Shown: positions 15,001 to 27,932 of the stretch, piece by piece
Layout of the letters: the number at the start of each line of letters is the position of its first letter
Numbering within the stretch: the first letter of the stretch is position 1
From: Callorhinchus milii
Lineage: Eukaryota
DNA length: 52,785 nt
Assembly (NCBI RefSeq): GCF_018977255.1
Contig: NW_024705344.1
Span: 1-52,785, forward strand
Reading direction: 5' to 3'
Notes under the pieces: model-generated
The model's database searches: none
Seen by the model: only the letters and a program-made list of their open reading frames with translations
Told to the model about the DNA's origin: nothing
Translations under genes and position numbers: made by a program

Positions 15001-18000
15001 CTGATCTTTCCGCAGTATGCACAGGGCGCGTGAGAAAGGAAACTGATAGGAATTTCCGTTCACGATCAGAGCCCGTTTGGGTTTTTTCGATAAAAGGCCT
15101 CATCGACTTTGGACTTCAAGACCAATCCAGTCTGTCTAGCAAGGAACTCAAGGATTAACGCCTCCAGGAAGGCAAGCGCGTTTCATGCATCTGACTTATA
15201 TTCCCATTGCGGTTAACGCCATGATCGTCCCCGGGATAAACAGGTTTCCCGTCACTATGCAATCCAAACGTTGTCACAAACGGTTTGAAAGTACCACGTA
15301 TTCGCCAGCTGGGCGACTCAACAGAGACTAGTTGTTCTGGTACTTCCGAGAGGCGTTTTTGATAAAAACACCTGTCCAGCACCTGGCCTATGGTATAGCG
15401 AGTCCACAAGTCTGGAGAGACCCCGGACGCGATCTGACTCGCGCCAGGACTTTCAAGCGGCTGCGGAGCCGAGTTTGTAGATTTTAACTCCTAGACAACA
15501 GGCCCACCCAGCTTCGCACTACGCACCGTTTAGAGTCTCGTTCGGTAGTGATCAGTGTAGGGGGGGCAACGAGGCAACAGAACCTGACGTGGGCGCTGGG
15601 GGTTTATTTTTCGCAGACCCTTTCAAGCTAAGTATGCTTAAACGTGTACGCATATACATGTAGGCAAAGACGCTAGGGTCGCTGCGCCTCCCACTCCACG
15701 GTTTCTAAAAATATCTTCCGGGTGTGCGAACTACCAGCTTCCAAAGAAGATTACTAATCAGAATTTGTCCAAGGGCGGCTCTTAGGACCTAAGATAAAAT
15801 CTGAATCGTAACATTTTAGAGCTGATCTCCGCAAAAACACCGAACTAGCGCATTCGTTATGGAACCTATAACCGACGGATGCTCGTCTGTTTCACAAACT
15901 GTTTTGGGGGCCAGTGCCCCCGGAGTGCTGGCAGAAAGGCACGTTGCTAGTAAGAAGCGCACGCAGTGTGAGATGTAAGTCGCTGCGTCCCTAAAATGCT
16001 CGAGGAAGTACGAACGTCACCATTGGAACCTAGATTCAAGTACCCGGCCGATTGTATTAATGCCTCCAGCTAAGCCATAACGCTCCTATAAATATCGTTC
16101 TCGCGTCGTAGAACTTATAGGTAGAGGGCGAGAACTAGTGAAGTGATTCGAGATAGCGCCACTATCCCTTTTTCCATCAATTTATCGGTCATTTTATTAT
16201 CGCACGAGGGAAATAGCAGGGAGGACGCGTCAGCTACTCTAGTGCACGGTATTGCTTTGAAACTGTCTGCTCCTCGCAGAATCCGAGTTTTTGAGTGATG
16301 TTTATGTGCGCCAAAACGGAGTTCCACTAGCCTTACCGGCGTCAAGGCTGGGTGGGATGTTGGCACGAAACGCGTCATTGTATTTTTCAACGTCATGAGC
16401 TATAGTTGCATTTCTCTTGAGGCTCCGGATATATCGTCGATTCCCCCAGGTTACAGACCCGGGGCATATCTGGATGGTGGGAGCCGCATAAGAGTAAATC
16501 GCACAGAAGTTTAGAAAGGGTATTCCCATACATCCGTAATGCAAGGCGAGGTTACCCCAACCCCCTTGCACCTAAATTAGAGTTCGACTGCTGGGCGAAT
16601 AGTAAGTCTTCTTTGGTGGTAACAACAACCCGAGGTTCTTAGCCCTATTCGACGGTTCAGTAACGCTTCAAATTGAGCCCTAGCCGAGCTTAGGAAGTCA
16701 CATGGCCGCATATTTTGGGTAGTAAAGCGAGCGCCGCGTTCGAATAGTCAGTCTTTTGCTGAGCTTAGCTATGTATCAATGTCGACAGTCGAGTCAATTG
16801 GGCTTTGAGCATAGAATGTTTCTCACGATACAGGTTCCTTTAAATCTATCAGGGTGCAACAAAAGCCGTACCATCCCGAATTATGTTTATTGCTCCTCGA
16901 TTATATACGGTTACGTTCTGCCTTGTTAGTAGCTACTTGCCCTGGTAGAGTTCGGCTTCTGCGCACAAAACCAGCCTAGTATATGGCAGACCCTGCTCAC
17001 ACTGAGTAAGTTGGCAGCGAGTTTCTTTAATATGAATGGGACTATTTATGCGCAAAGGCTAACATGTATGGAACAAAGTCCAGGAACCCACAAAAGTCGG
17101 GCTATTGGATAGGATATACGTAGGTACCTGAAGGATCGATCTGACGACACGCGATGGGACCATTTGAGAGCAAGCGGTCTAACCCGTGCGCAGCCTTACG
17201 TCCCCTTTTGATCAGTCACTAAGCTGATCGGCGTAAAGTCTGGCTCTTGTTGAGGGCATAACGTTAACACGGTCGTTGAGCCGACGACTCCAAAAGGTTC
17301 TCTTCACGTTACTCGGCCATCGCCAGGGGCTTTTAAATGGAGTCGCCTATGGGCGTGACCCCCAATCCGAGAGTCCAATGAGATGGGGGAATAGCCGTTT
17401 TAGTGAAAAAGTAAAGACACTCGATGCTACTATTTGAGACCTATCTCACACAGGATAGATTCATGTAAGCCGCTAACTCTTACTGGTAGCGGGCATGTTT
17501 ATGCCCTCGCTACGGGTGGAAGATGGACAGCAGAACAATTTAGGTCGTATATAGCATGGGTCGAAAAGGCCGTCGCATGGCAAGTGATTGCGGTAAGCCT
17601 GGTGTAGCAAGTATTTTTTATTCGAACCTGTGGAACTTAAGGTAGTAGAGAGAGGCTGGCAGGAGTACTCGTTATCCAACCGAGCGTAGCTTTCCAGCTA
17701 TCGACGACGCAGGGAGTACGGCGTATGAGTTCATACGCCGTCACTAGCTAGTTATTATTCCATGGGGGCAAAAGCGAAGCCGCAGCGACGAGTGGCCTAT
17801 GGGAAGCCGGCCATTGCCTTTTACACAGCCGAAAGGCTCTCCCCGTCGCGTGAAGGTACAACAGGGAGCGTGCAGGGACGTGTACCGAGACAGACTGAAA
17901 TGTGGTGGTAACCTATTAGATCCGTGCGGCGCTCATCACGCCTTGTGTTTACGTCCATTATTAAATGGAACGTTACTGGTGAGAATTGACCGTGTCCAGG

Positions 18001-21000
18001 TTGGTCGTGCTCACCAGAGAAGGAGTTGGGTTGGGTTAGCGTACTATTAGCCTATCTAGCGTACCAGCAGCTATGTGAAGGGGGGAGGCCGGATAACTGG
18101 GGTCCGTGACAAAATTTTCATGTTGACTGTCCCAGGGTCCTTGAGCAGTTTACCGAGCAGCAGGGACATTGATGTGACTGAGCGTGATTAGGTACTACTA
18201 GTGTTCCTTTGTTACCCCGTTATAATAGACATCCCACTCTAGACAGGCAGGCAAAACATGCCTAGTGGATCCGGTTCCATATCAAAAATACCATTGATTC
18301 CTTTTTCCTCGAGGCTAGTAAATTGGCCCGGGCGAGCGACTGACAAGTGTGAAATCAACAAGGTAGTTCCGTAGAAGATAACATCTGGATATAGTAGTCT
18401 ACACCGCGATTACTAGCGGCGTTTCGATACTAATTTAATTGTTGGCCCCCCATAGAGCGAAAGCAGCTGACGGAACGCATATCGAAGCCTGACAGCATAA
18501 GACTCGCGACCCTGCGCCCTGCCGGATTATAGTTGTGGCTCGCCACTAACATTGTTCTTTCCTAAGCATCTATGTAGCGGGGGGAGGCATACGTAGCCCA
18601 ACCGCTTGAATTTAACCGCCGCATAATTTGACCGTTTTCTGTCAGGTTGCTACAAAAACTGCCGGGAGTACGCGCTTTTGCGAGATCTGGAGTGGCAAGC
18701 GACTGACAAAGGGTACACAGTTTAAGCGATATCTTCGCCTAGCAGCATGTGTGTTTATGTAGAGGTTAGCGGAATTTACGGTAGGCGCAGTAGATGGTCC
18801 GATACTCCTTAAAAGTGTATAGTAGAGATACGGGAGGTGACTGGGTTAGCTGCAAGCCAAAAGAGGGGCTCTCCTATATTAGCGAAACGTTAACAAAACT
18901 GGCAGCCCATGATGCTGTTGTCCGTTAAAGAGAGAAAACCCGTCGACATAGCCACGGTCGACCTCCAAGTACGGTTGGAGGAGCCTCTACGCCGCGCCGT
19001 TTGATACTCCAACCACACCAGTACTCGCAGTGACGATCGCAGGTCCTTAGGCTAGCTATGTGTGAAGGTATACAGTCGAGGGAACGATATGGTAGTATGT
19101 TACTCCATCGCTTGTACTGTGCTTGGCATCTGTGCGGCACCGTCTCTCAGACATTTAGGCGAACGTGTGTCGCGCATTTTGTAGTTGGGAATCCGATGGA
19201 GGGGGTCGGCGTAGTCACTCGCCACGGTGGAGTCATTACGTCTTATATCTTGTATCGACTGTGGGGAACCGATTACAACTATTAGACGGCATATGGGCTG
19301 ACGACTAGGATGTAATCGACTTCACAGCCATTAATCCACAAGGAGGATTGGCTGCAGATATTAGTCACTCTTCTAATCGAGCAGGACAACCAAACAACAC
19401 TTTGCCGACGGGTCTGCCAACGCATCCAATCAACCACAATTGGTGTAACCATCTTCCTTACAACAAGAGTTCCGGTTTCTTTCTCGCAATTGTTCGCAGT
19501 CGCAGAGATCGCATCTTAAGTCTTAGCTTTCGAAATGGGAGACTGTCTCTACCGTACTCAGACATCTCGTCATATAATTGTCCCGTTTGAAACGTTATGC
19601 TTGTCAAAATGCCTGACTGTAGGTTTCAAAATGGGCACGTTTGTGGATGCAACATGGACTCAGGTATAGATGTAACGGGGCTCCAACCTTGTCACCGCCA
19701 TTGACATTTCACGGCGGCCTTACTACGGGAATTGCGTGGGGAGCGGATTCAGGGATGGCTCCGAGAGGGGGACACTCGTGTGTTTTGGTCAAGCACACAA
19801 TCTCGTTCTGTTGAGAGAGGAACTGACTCTGGAGCCTTTGGGAGGTGTCACAGGGTCCCCATTAGGAGACACTTGTCACAAAATCGAGGGAATATTACTC
19901 CGGCTCAGTTGCCATTTTATTTTGGCCCCTAATCAACAGTGGTTAACCGTGAGTCGACATGCAGACTCTCCCAGATGCGAGACACCCAAAGAACACTATG
20001 AACGCATGACACTATCAACGAAAAACTTCTGAGACTACTGTAGCACGATTCTGGCCGGCTCGATCGCATGCCGAAAGCATAAAGACGACTTAGTCAGTCT
20101 GAATCCTGCGATCCCTCCATTTGCAGCTCACCCGGTCGGGGGGCTACTTCTACCGGTATGTACATTACCGTACATCCGAGTGGAATGCAAGCATATGGCC
20201 TCTTCTTGGGTGCGTTCAAATACTATTGGATTTAACTGTTATCTGTTCCGATACCGTGACCTCCCCTATAACCACCATCCTGTGATCCAGGGACTATACA
20301 TGATGGGGTCGCGTTAGGAATGTGAAAGTAGGCCTGGTCTGATCCTTCGAGATTACACGTAGATGTATATTAGGGAAGGTAACCAATACGTACTGGCTCG
20401 AACAGAATAGCATCGTCGGGAAGAGCGAGAGTCTTCTGGACCACAACAGTTACGCGGCGGCCCAAGATGCAACAGCTGTGAGTAAGTATAGCTTACACCC
20501 CCGTCATGAAACAGGTACAGAGCACGAATGCGTCGTTAGTGTTTATCTTAGAAACGCTCTGAAAAAGGGCTTGCCGGTCCACAACGGACTTGATCAGGAG
20601 GCTTGGGCAACGAGAGTTCTGAGCGATGCCTAGCGTAAGTGGCGATGGCATTGCGATCTACGCCATAGCGACGAGTGATGATGAAAATAGGTCAAAACTC
20701 TCGTATGCGCTCACTCGTCGCGAAGACATGTTTGCTACGGGAATGGGTTAGGGGTCACAAGATCTCACCTTCCCGATGGCCCCCCAAAACTAAGTGGTAT
20801 AGCAGACCACGTCAACAGCACCTTATTGCTAGAGCGGAGAGTACCGTTTACATCCGGACCACATACCGAAGTGTTCTAATAGGTTTAGTTCAGATCAATG
20901 GGCTATGCCACTTCGGCTCAATCCGTATATGTATGGGGTCGTGGTCAGATAATGGGTTGAAGAATTCGAATTGACATTTATGCTGCCACGTAACAGTCCC

Positions 21001-22735
21001 CTTTTGAGATGATTCGAGCAGATCTAGACTGCATTTCACCAGGGAATGTCTTTGTAGCCTTCCGGGTCTGGCAGACTAGTGTAGGTAATCTAGGCTCGGC
21101 TCGTAATCCCTCACGAACACCGGAATATGGACCATGCGAAGTCTGAGCATACGTGCGTGTGTGCCCGAGGTCCTACCAGTACTCGGCGAATGTACGGAGA
21201 TTTAGGGCATGCCCAAACACATTTTTATGTGGTACTTTAGCTACATACCTCGAAGGAGGTTAGTCAAGCTCAATAACCGGTTTGTCAAGCCGGTCTAACG
21301 AAGACAAGCCCGAAAACTATCCTCGTAAGTTACAGGCTGCATGCTCAACAGTCATCTCGCCGTTTCCGAGGGAGTAGTCTTACCCGAGTTCACTTGGCCG
21401 GCATCCCCGACTTGTCACCATTCCGGGCTCAGGCCGCCGTTTTAGCCGCGTTGGATCTTCCGAATTTTTTGGAGGCACGGTAACATGGTTTAATAGGTCC
21501 CTCCCCGGCGTCTTAAGACATCAAAGAAAGACCAGGCCTGGAAAGCTTCGAGTGCCCATGGATAAGGGCTGGGCACGGCCTGGTTAACTCTTGGTCGACT
21601 TGTTCACCCTTTCCCCTAACACTCCCGCGCACAGCGAGGACCAGAATCCCGTGCACGAAGGACGCGAGTATCCGAAAAAAGTCACATGGGGATGAAATTG
21701 TGTACTCAATTCCCTACTAGTATTGGTGTGAAGGTGCTTAGGGCTCGTGCTTTATCTGTACAGTGCTACACTTGATGGCGTAGAGACGATATATACGCTC
21801 GTAATGTCTCTGGCAGGAGGCTACCCAACTACCGTCGTATACGTCCTTCGCTTGCCTCGGGATGGACCTACACAAGGGCTTCGATTATGGTTAAGGCCAT
21901 AACTTTGAAACCTCGGTGTTGACGGAATCCCTCGTAATGTTCTGATCAGGATGCTGTGGCGCTATGGTGAGGTGGAGTCTAGCGTTAAGGGACTGACCAA
22001 CAACTCGTGGTGTAAGACCCGAGTTTGGGAGTGTGTAAAGGTGCGACATATAATTGCTCGCCTCGCAAACTCGAGCATTTTCATTATAATCTCGAGGTGT
22101 GTCGTATTAAGACTTACAGCGTACAAGACTGTTCAGCTCCCTCAATTTAAACCCATAACGGCACAACTCATGAAGCATACACCTATCTACAGCCGTCGAG
22201 TTCACTGTCACATTGTCTTGCCGGAAGATTTACCAGTGAAGCCGTCTCACCCCCTCGCACCGCTTACCAATCTCCAAGTTGGATACCCCAGTTTTCTGAA
22301 TTTTTTTACCAGATATATGGAGGGACCTGTGGAGATCAATAATGTGTACGGTGGTGGGACGCAAAGGGAAGTGAGATCGAGAAAGAGTAAATGAGCGGAA
22401 GAATGCCGACCTCGGTAGCGGTTGGTTGAGCTCTATCCCACACTGACCGTAAAGATATATCTGGCCCGAACACAGGTTCCCGTCGAACAGGCTGACTAAC
22501 GTCACCGCCGCGCTACATGGATTTATGTGGTGTCGCGCCGTACATATTACCTACATCGCGAAAGCGAGAAGGCAAGCGGCTATCAGTGTTCAGCCAGATC
22601 TGCTAAGCATCTGACCTACTTCGCGATAATGGAGATGCCTCTTTCCACCACCACAGCCCTCGAATGGCTCACACATTAACGTCGTTCCCTTGGCCTAGTG
22701 CCTGCATGATACTGATGCCGCTCGCAGTAAGAATG
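1..22735. other. Featureless, random-like sequence (probably shuffled or synthetic padding)
   Basis: Roughly even base use, frequent CpG, no low-complexity tracts or repeats. The longest ORF is 172 aa with no recognisable motif. It switches abruptly to natural repeat-rich DNA in the middle of an RT coding fragment at ~22735. Confidence 0.85.
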
Positions 22736-23132
22736 GGAAGGACGTAGGATGGATGCCTGGATGGCATCTGTCTCAAATTTTTCCTTGAAAACATTGGACT
22801 ATCACTGAAGATAAAGGAGAACCCATTGGGGTACCTTCAACTTGTTTGTAGAATGTACCATTCCAGGTGAAATAAGTGTTGGTGAGGCAATGTCTCACCA
22901 GGGCCGGTACATCAGCATTCAGTCCTTGTTGAACCAAATCTTCAATGATTGCAATGGTGTCAGGCACAGGAGCTTTGGTAAAAAATAAACTACATCGAAG
23001 CTAACAAGCAAATCACCTGGAGATAGTGAGATGTCTTTAATTAGAGATACCAAGTGAGCTGAATTAAGTACAGCTGAGGTGGTCTTGCCAGTGAATGGAA
23101 GCAAGGTCTCAGACAAAAATCTGGCGAGTTTG
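22736..23132 (-). pseudogene. Penelope-like element reverse transcriptase fragment (frameshifted)
   Basis: ORFs 22919-23116 and 22773-22967 give LVSFDV..., TNTYFTWNGTFYKQVEGTPMGSPLS. The DNA closely matches the + strand copy at ~30985-31385. It is cut off just before the YVDD motif. Confidence 0.92.
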
Positions 23133-23185
23133 TATTTTTTGTTATTTTTCTATCTACGTGGACTTTACCGAAAAACCCAAAAGGT
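23133..23185 (+). mobile_element. Inverted partial pseudo-LTR (pLTR) fused to the 5'-truncation point of the RT fragment
   Basis: T-rich tract + ctatctacgtggactttaccgaaaaacccaaa matches the pLTR end seen at 29900, 33830, 36095 and 44730. Its orientation is opposite to the adjacent RT. Confidence 0.8.
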
Positions 23186-24004
23186 TTAAATTAAATGCCA
23201 CAGAAAACATGTATTTTTATTGCATTTTATGAACCAAATGGTTGATACACATGTAACGTGCTTGTAATTTCAGAAGTGCAAATGCGTTATCAGAAAGTAA
23301 CTGGTATTATAAAATGTTGAAAGTGATATCTAACACAGCCAATTTAGTTTAAAATCATGAAACAATAAAAACTATATATTTGAGACTGGGACTGGTGCTG
23401 GACCATCTTAGCCAGCAATGTCAAAACCTTGCCTGGAACTCAGAGGTCCCATAGGGAGTCGTTTCGTCTGCTGTGATGATACACAACACATATGCAGGCC
23501 CAGACCTGAAATGTGAATGGCTTCTGTTCTAATGAACAATAACATTCACTGTCACGCTCACTTGCACACTGATATATATAGAGACAGAATTCCCCCATGC
23601 TGACATAGTGCTGGAAGTTACGGCAAATTTAGCACGTGTTCATAATATTCACTGTGACATGTAAACAGTAAATCCAAAGGTCCACCATATAATCTTCATC
23701 AGAATGTTAGGGAAAGTGTTATTAGCGAGCACCTACGAAGGCTGACGTGGCACATGAGGGGTGGGTGGCCCGCACCATGCCCGGACGTGTTTGTCTCCCC
23801 AGTGCTGATGTTTACAAAATCAAATTTTTATACTGAAGGGATCCAATGAGCTATGCATTTATTTTTCACCGCAACAGGTACTCATTTAAGGCTAGATCTA
23901 ACTAGGGGAGGCTCATTACCGGCTCTCGACTATACAGTAAATACACACCCACACACAGTTATTTGTGATTCTTTGCTTCAGAATGATGGACAATGACAAA
24001 ACAT

Positions 24005-24180
24005 ATTTCAAGAAAGACATATGGAGAGATGAATGTTCGGAATTACACCGGGACGGAAAGAAAATAGCATGGATTGAGAGGATGACCATTGCGAAGATGG
24101 AGCTGGACCATGAGGAATGGTGACGATGTGGGGAGGCCTTCATCCAGCAGTGGATTAATAATGATTGATGATGATGATCA
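24005..24180 (+). mobile_element. RTE-clade LINE 3' end remnant
   Basis: Ends with GGGGAGGCCTTCATCCAGCAGTGG (GEAFIQQW-like C-terminus) followed by a (TGA)n tail. Confidence 0.7.
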
Positions 24181-25475
24181 CTGAGCATCCATTGTTCCTC
24201 GGGGTTTCTACATTCAAAGAATGCATTAAGAAACTTGAAAATAAATTTAATTCTGGGAACTGTGCACTCAAGAAACAGGGGCCAACACAAGACAGGGAAG
24301 TGACTTCCAAACAGTCGGAGCAACCGGTCGCACCACGTTACTCAATCGTGGAGTTCTGTGCTCCTGTGCAGTCACACTCATGCCATGACACACGTAAAAT
24401 ACAAGCTGCATTTTAATCAAACGTGCCGGATCGTCACAAACACACCTACCACCCAAGGGCACATTGTCCACCAGAAAGAAATTTGTCTCATATTCCATAA
24501 CACCACTGTGGAAGGATTCAGGGTAACAACACTGTAGGGTAATACCCTTTGACCTTGGAGAACCGGGCCCCTTCAAACTAAACTCTCTCCAGGCGCTGGC
24601 CACCACCGGTGCACTCGAAATCGAGCAAGAGCCAGGCGGGTGACAGAAGCGCAAGATCTGAGCTGAGCGACTACCCAAAAGTGAACGTGGAGAGAAAGTT
24701 CCACTTGGGCATCCTGTACACTTGAGAAACTATTCAAGCCGCCTGACAACACCAGGCCTTGGCTGTGGTTTCGGAGCAGCAAAGCCGTGGGTGAATGCAT
24801 TTCGCGAAGTCTCCGACTCTTGGCCTCAGTCTCCCACTTCTACCAAGTTGAGTGGCATTTTGCTTTCACTGAACAACCTGTTAAGTTTGGTGCTTCAGAT
24901 TCTCGGATTGGTATTGCATCTGCGCGTCATTATCTCTGTAATTGCACAAGTATCTCTGATTGTTTAACACTATTTGATCAATGTATAATCAGACACCACT
25001 CACATACAGTATTATACATTAATTATTAACAACGTGAGATGGGTTTTTTTGCACACTGTATATTAACGTTAGTAAATTAATGTAAAATAGCATCTAGGTA
25101 TTTGAAGTCTAATTGTATTTTCATAATGTTATTATACCCATCTGTATATGTCAATGAATTGTAATAATACGTGGTATAAGTAAAAACACTAAGATTTGCA
25201 CACATGCTTTGTTTGGTACCCTGCAGGCCTAATGGCTTCATTGTCCTGCGGTATCCAGTTTCCTTTACAAAGAGATGCAATCTGTCCATCAACTCATGCA
25301 TGGTGTAAATATTAATATCAATAATAAGTTATAATTCATACCCCAGCCTCAGGCAGCAATACCATGACCTATGACCTCTCTGCTGCTGCCACTTTCAGGG
25401 CCCCTTGGCTCAGCTATGGTCTCCTTGCCTACAACTCCTGGGTGTTCATGACAGTCCGAAGCTGAGCGTAGCTCA

Positions 25476-25506
25476 CTGATGAGCCCATTTGAGGGTGAAA
25501 TGCATA
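25476..25506 (+). ncRNA. Degenerate minimal hammerhead ribozyme core (third family)
   Basis: CTGATGA-GCCC-atttga-GGGT-GAAA-TGCATA, with palindromic ATGCAT at helix III. It looks like a CpG-decayed GGGCGAAACGCGT. Stem I is not evident. Confidence 0.5.
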
Positions 25507-26439
25507 CATGCCACCGATGCCGGCCGCTTTCCATTATGTCTTTCTTAAAGCCCCATGAGCCGAAGGATTAAGGCGCGTGTTTCTGTGTAAATCTCACAAT
25601 TTAACTTTGCTTTGTCTTCGTCCGGCATCGAAGCACTATTAACACTACAGTATTCCCTTAATGAAATGAGTAAATCATGTGTGTTGGAAATGTCCTGAAG
25701 AACACTTTTTAATTAGCACTTTATGTAGCAGAATTGGGATTTCTAAGTAAATATATTTAATTTCAAGAATAATACATGCACAGTACAAGTAAAAAAGCAT
25801 TCCCTCATAGCCACCAGAATAAATCAAACTATGCAATCGCAGGCGCATTGGCTAAACATCACCGACAAACACGGAGACCACAAACGCCGCAGGACGTAAA
25901 TGTGAAGACGTATACGCAAGTGGAAACGTGCGTAGGGTTACCATCCCAATTACAGTACCACGATATACCATTTCCACACAGACGTCACCCTGCCTCCACT
26001 CTAATTTGCACCATGACATTATGACATTTACCACTATTAATAGGCCAAAAACACACACTACATTATTTACAGCAGGGCACGATAAATACAGCACTGCCTC
26101 ATTATTATGACATGCAATATCACCACCTCTGGTTATAATTAACTTTCACAAGTACACACTTGACAAGTGACGCTCCACTAGTTGGGGTTGGATCGTAATG
26201 ACTCCACGAGGCGTACCGTAATTGCACGGCACGGTGGGCTGACATGTCTCCCTCTCCCTGCTTCCCTCCCTCAACAATCCCCTCACTGCCCTCCCCCTCC
26301 TCCCCAAGGCACCAGACACTGCGGGATTACACGGGCAGAGGGAGAGGAGGCAACAGCTGTTCCCTGCAGTGGCATAAGCGGTGGCACACGCGGTGAGATG
26401 TGCGGGTGGCACACAGTGACACACTGGTAGCACACACTG

Positions 26440-26729
26440 GTGTCAAGACAAAGATCCCCCATATAGCCTTAACAGACTGTTGGGGTCAAGTGCTGTTCGC
26501 AAGCACCTTTGAAGGCCTTCATGGCACACGCGGGGGTGGGTCGCTAGTACGACGGCCTTTGTCTCCCGAGCGGCAATGTTTACACACTGCACTAGTACTC
26601 ATTTGAGGCCAAGTCGACCTAGGGGAGGCCCAGGACCGGTTCAGATCATTGTCATTGGTGTTGGCTGAGAATCGAACTCGGGTCACCAGGTCATTGCGCA
26701 GTGCGCTAGCCGCTACACTACCGCTCCCC
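26440..26729 (-). mobile_element. tRNA-derived SINE
   Basis: The minus strand reads GGGAGCGGTAGTGTAGCGG (A box) ... GAGTTCGATTC (B box, 26669-26679). The 3' limit is approximate. Confidence 0.7.
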
Positions 26730-27044
26730 ATACACTGGTGGAAACGCGGATGGCACGCACGGGTCACACACGAGCTGCCTCTAGCCTCTCTTATCTCTCT
26801 CTATGCAGGCCCTGCTTTCTCCAGCAGGGAGACACGGATTCAGTATTATTGTTCCATTGGTTTGCCCAGATAAGTCTCTCTGAGTCTCAAGACTCTTTTT
26901 CAGGAGGGTCTTTCCAAGTGTTCACAGTGAGGGACGATATTAATGTTTGTGCAATCCCAGATTGAGTGATTTGTATATAGGTTTTAAGCATTTGGATGTT
27001 TGGCCAGTACCAATTTAATGACATTGTGTATGTTTTTTTTAGTT

Positions 27045-27385
27045 ATGAAAGAAAACAGAGACCCAGAGGAAACCCAGGCTGAGCATGGGGAGTGCATACA
27101 AACTCCACACAGAAAGACACCTGAGTCTGGAAACGAGCCGAGGGCTTTTTGCTCGAAGGTGCAAGTGTTACCACTGTAGGGGTGTCAGGGAAGGATTCCA
27201 CCAATAGGAGGGTTAGTGGGAGGGGTGATCGAGTAGATATAAGGGGAGAACGGGCGGGAAGAGGGGCCTTTGGCGGGAAAGAGATTGGGACGGCTGGGGA
27301 CAGGTGTGGATGGGAGAAAAGGATTAAAAGACAACACCCCTGCAATCTTGTGTCGGCTCTCCTTTACACCACTGTGCTGCCAACC
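27045..27385 (-). mobile_element. V-SINE-like element interrupted by a solo LTR
   Basis: GAGGAAACCCA..CATGGGGAG..CAAACTCCACACAGA is the reverse complement of the V-domain core. The head ...gtgttaccac/tgtgctgcc is split by the insertion at 27175-27368. Confidence 0.7.
27175..27368 (+). mobile_element. Solo LTR (194 bp), possibly Gypsy-type
   Basis: Termini TGTA...TACA; CCAC duplicated at 27171-27174 and 27369-27372; internal TATAA (27238) and ATTAAA (27323). Confidence 0.7.
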
Positions 27386-27624
27386 TGCCTCTCGGTCGTG
27401 ACTCGGCACTGACTACAGAGATGAGTAGCGACGTCTGCCCCATTGTCTACAGTGACACACACGGCGCTACACTACAACACAGGATTTCAATCCAGACGTC
27501 AAGTACTACAACCGGCAATGCTACCGATAATGTACTGTAACAACCGAATATATTTGCAAATATTGTAAAAAGCAATAGTCACACATTTGCCACATTATTC
27601 ATGTCAAATGAAAACAATGAACAC

Positions 27625-27932
27625 CAAGCCCCAATGAGCAACGGGGCGGTGCTCATCTCCGGTTTACAGCCCCGGGCCAGTGGTTGAAATTCCACATTCC
27701 CATGGTGGGGGCGAGTATTTCCAAAGGAAGACTCTCGTTGTATGTGTGTATGATGAACTTCTTTCACACCATACATAGCCAACCGTGCTAATCGTTGACT
27801 TCCCCACAAAGTGGTACTCATTTTAATCAAACCCTGCGGGATGATGGGCTAAGTCACTTCCCCGACCAGGAGTTGAACTCGCAGCCTTCCAATTGCGAGC
27901 AACTCGCTCTGCCGCTGAACCACCAGGCCGGA
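27625..27932 (-). mobile_element. tRNA-derived SINE with MetaSINE-like central domain
   Basis: B-box complement gagttgaactc, and GGTACTCATTTT..GGATGATGGGCTAAGTCA resembling the Meta-domain complement. Related copies lie at 35125 and 49255. Confidence 0.6.

Noticed and set aside
24268..25029. Overlapping 75-136 aa ORFs
   Set aside because: No motif recognised; possibly an old repeat but not assignable.
26660..26729. tRNA gene calls at 26660-26729, 39962-40030 and 49035-49100
   Set aside because: Only A/B-box-like remnants without a full cloverleaf; better explained as SINE heads.
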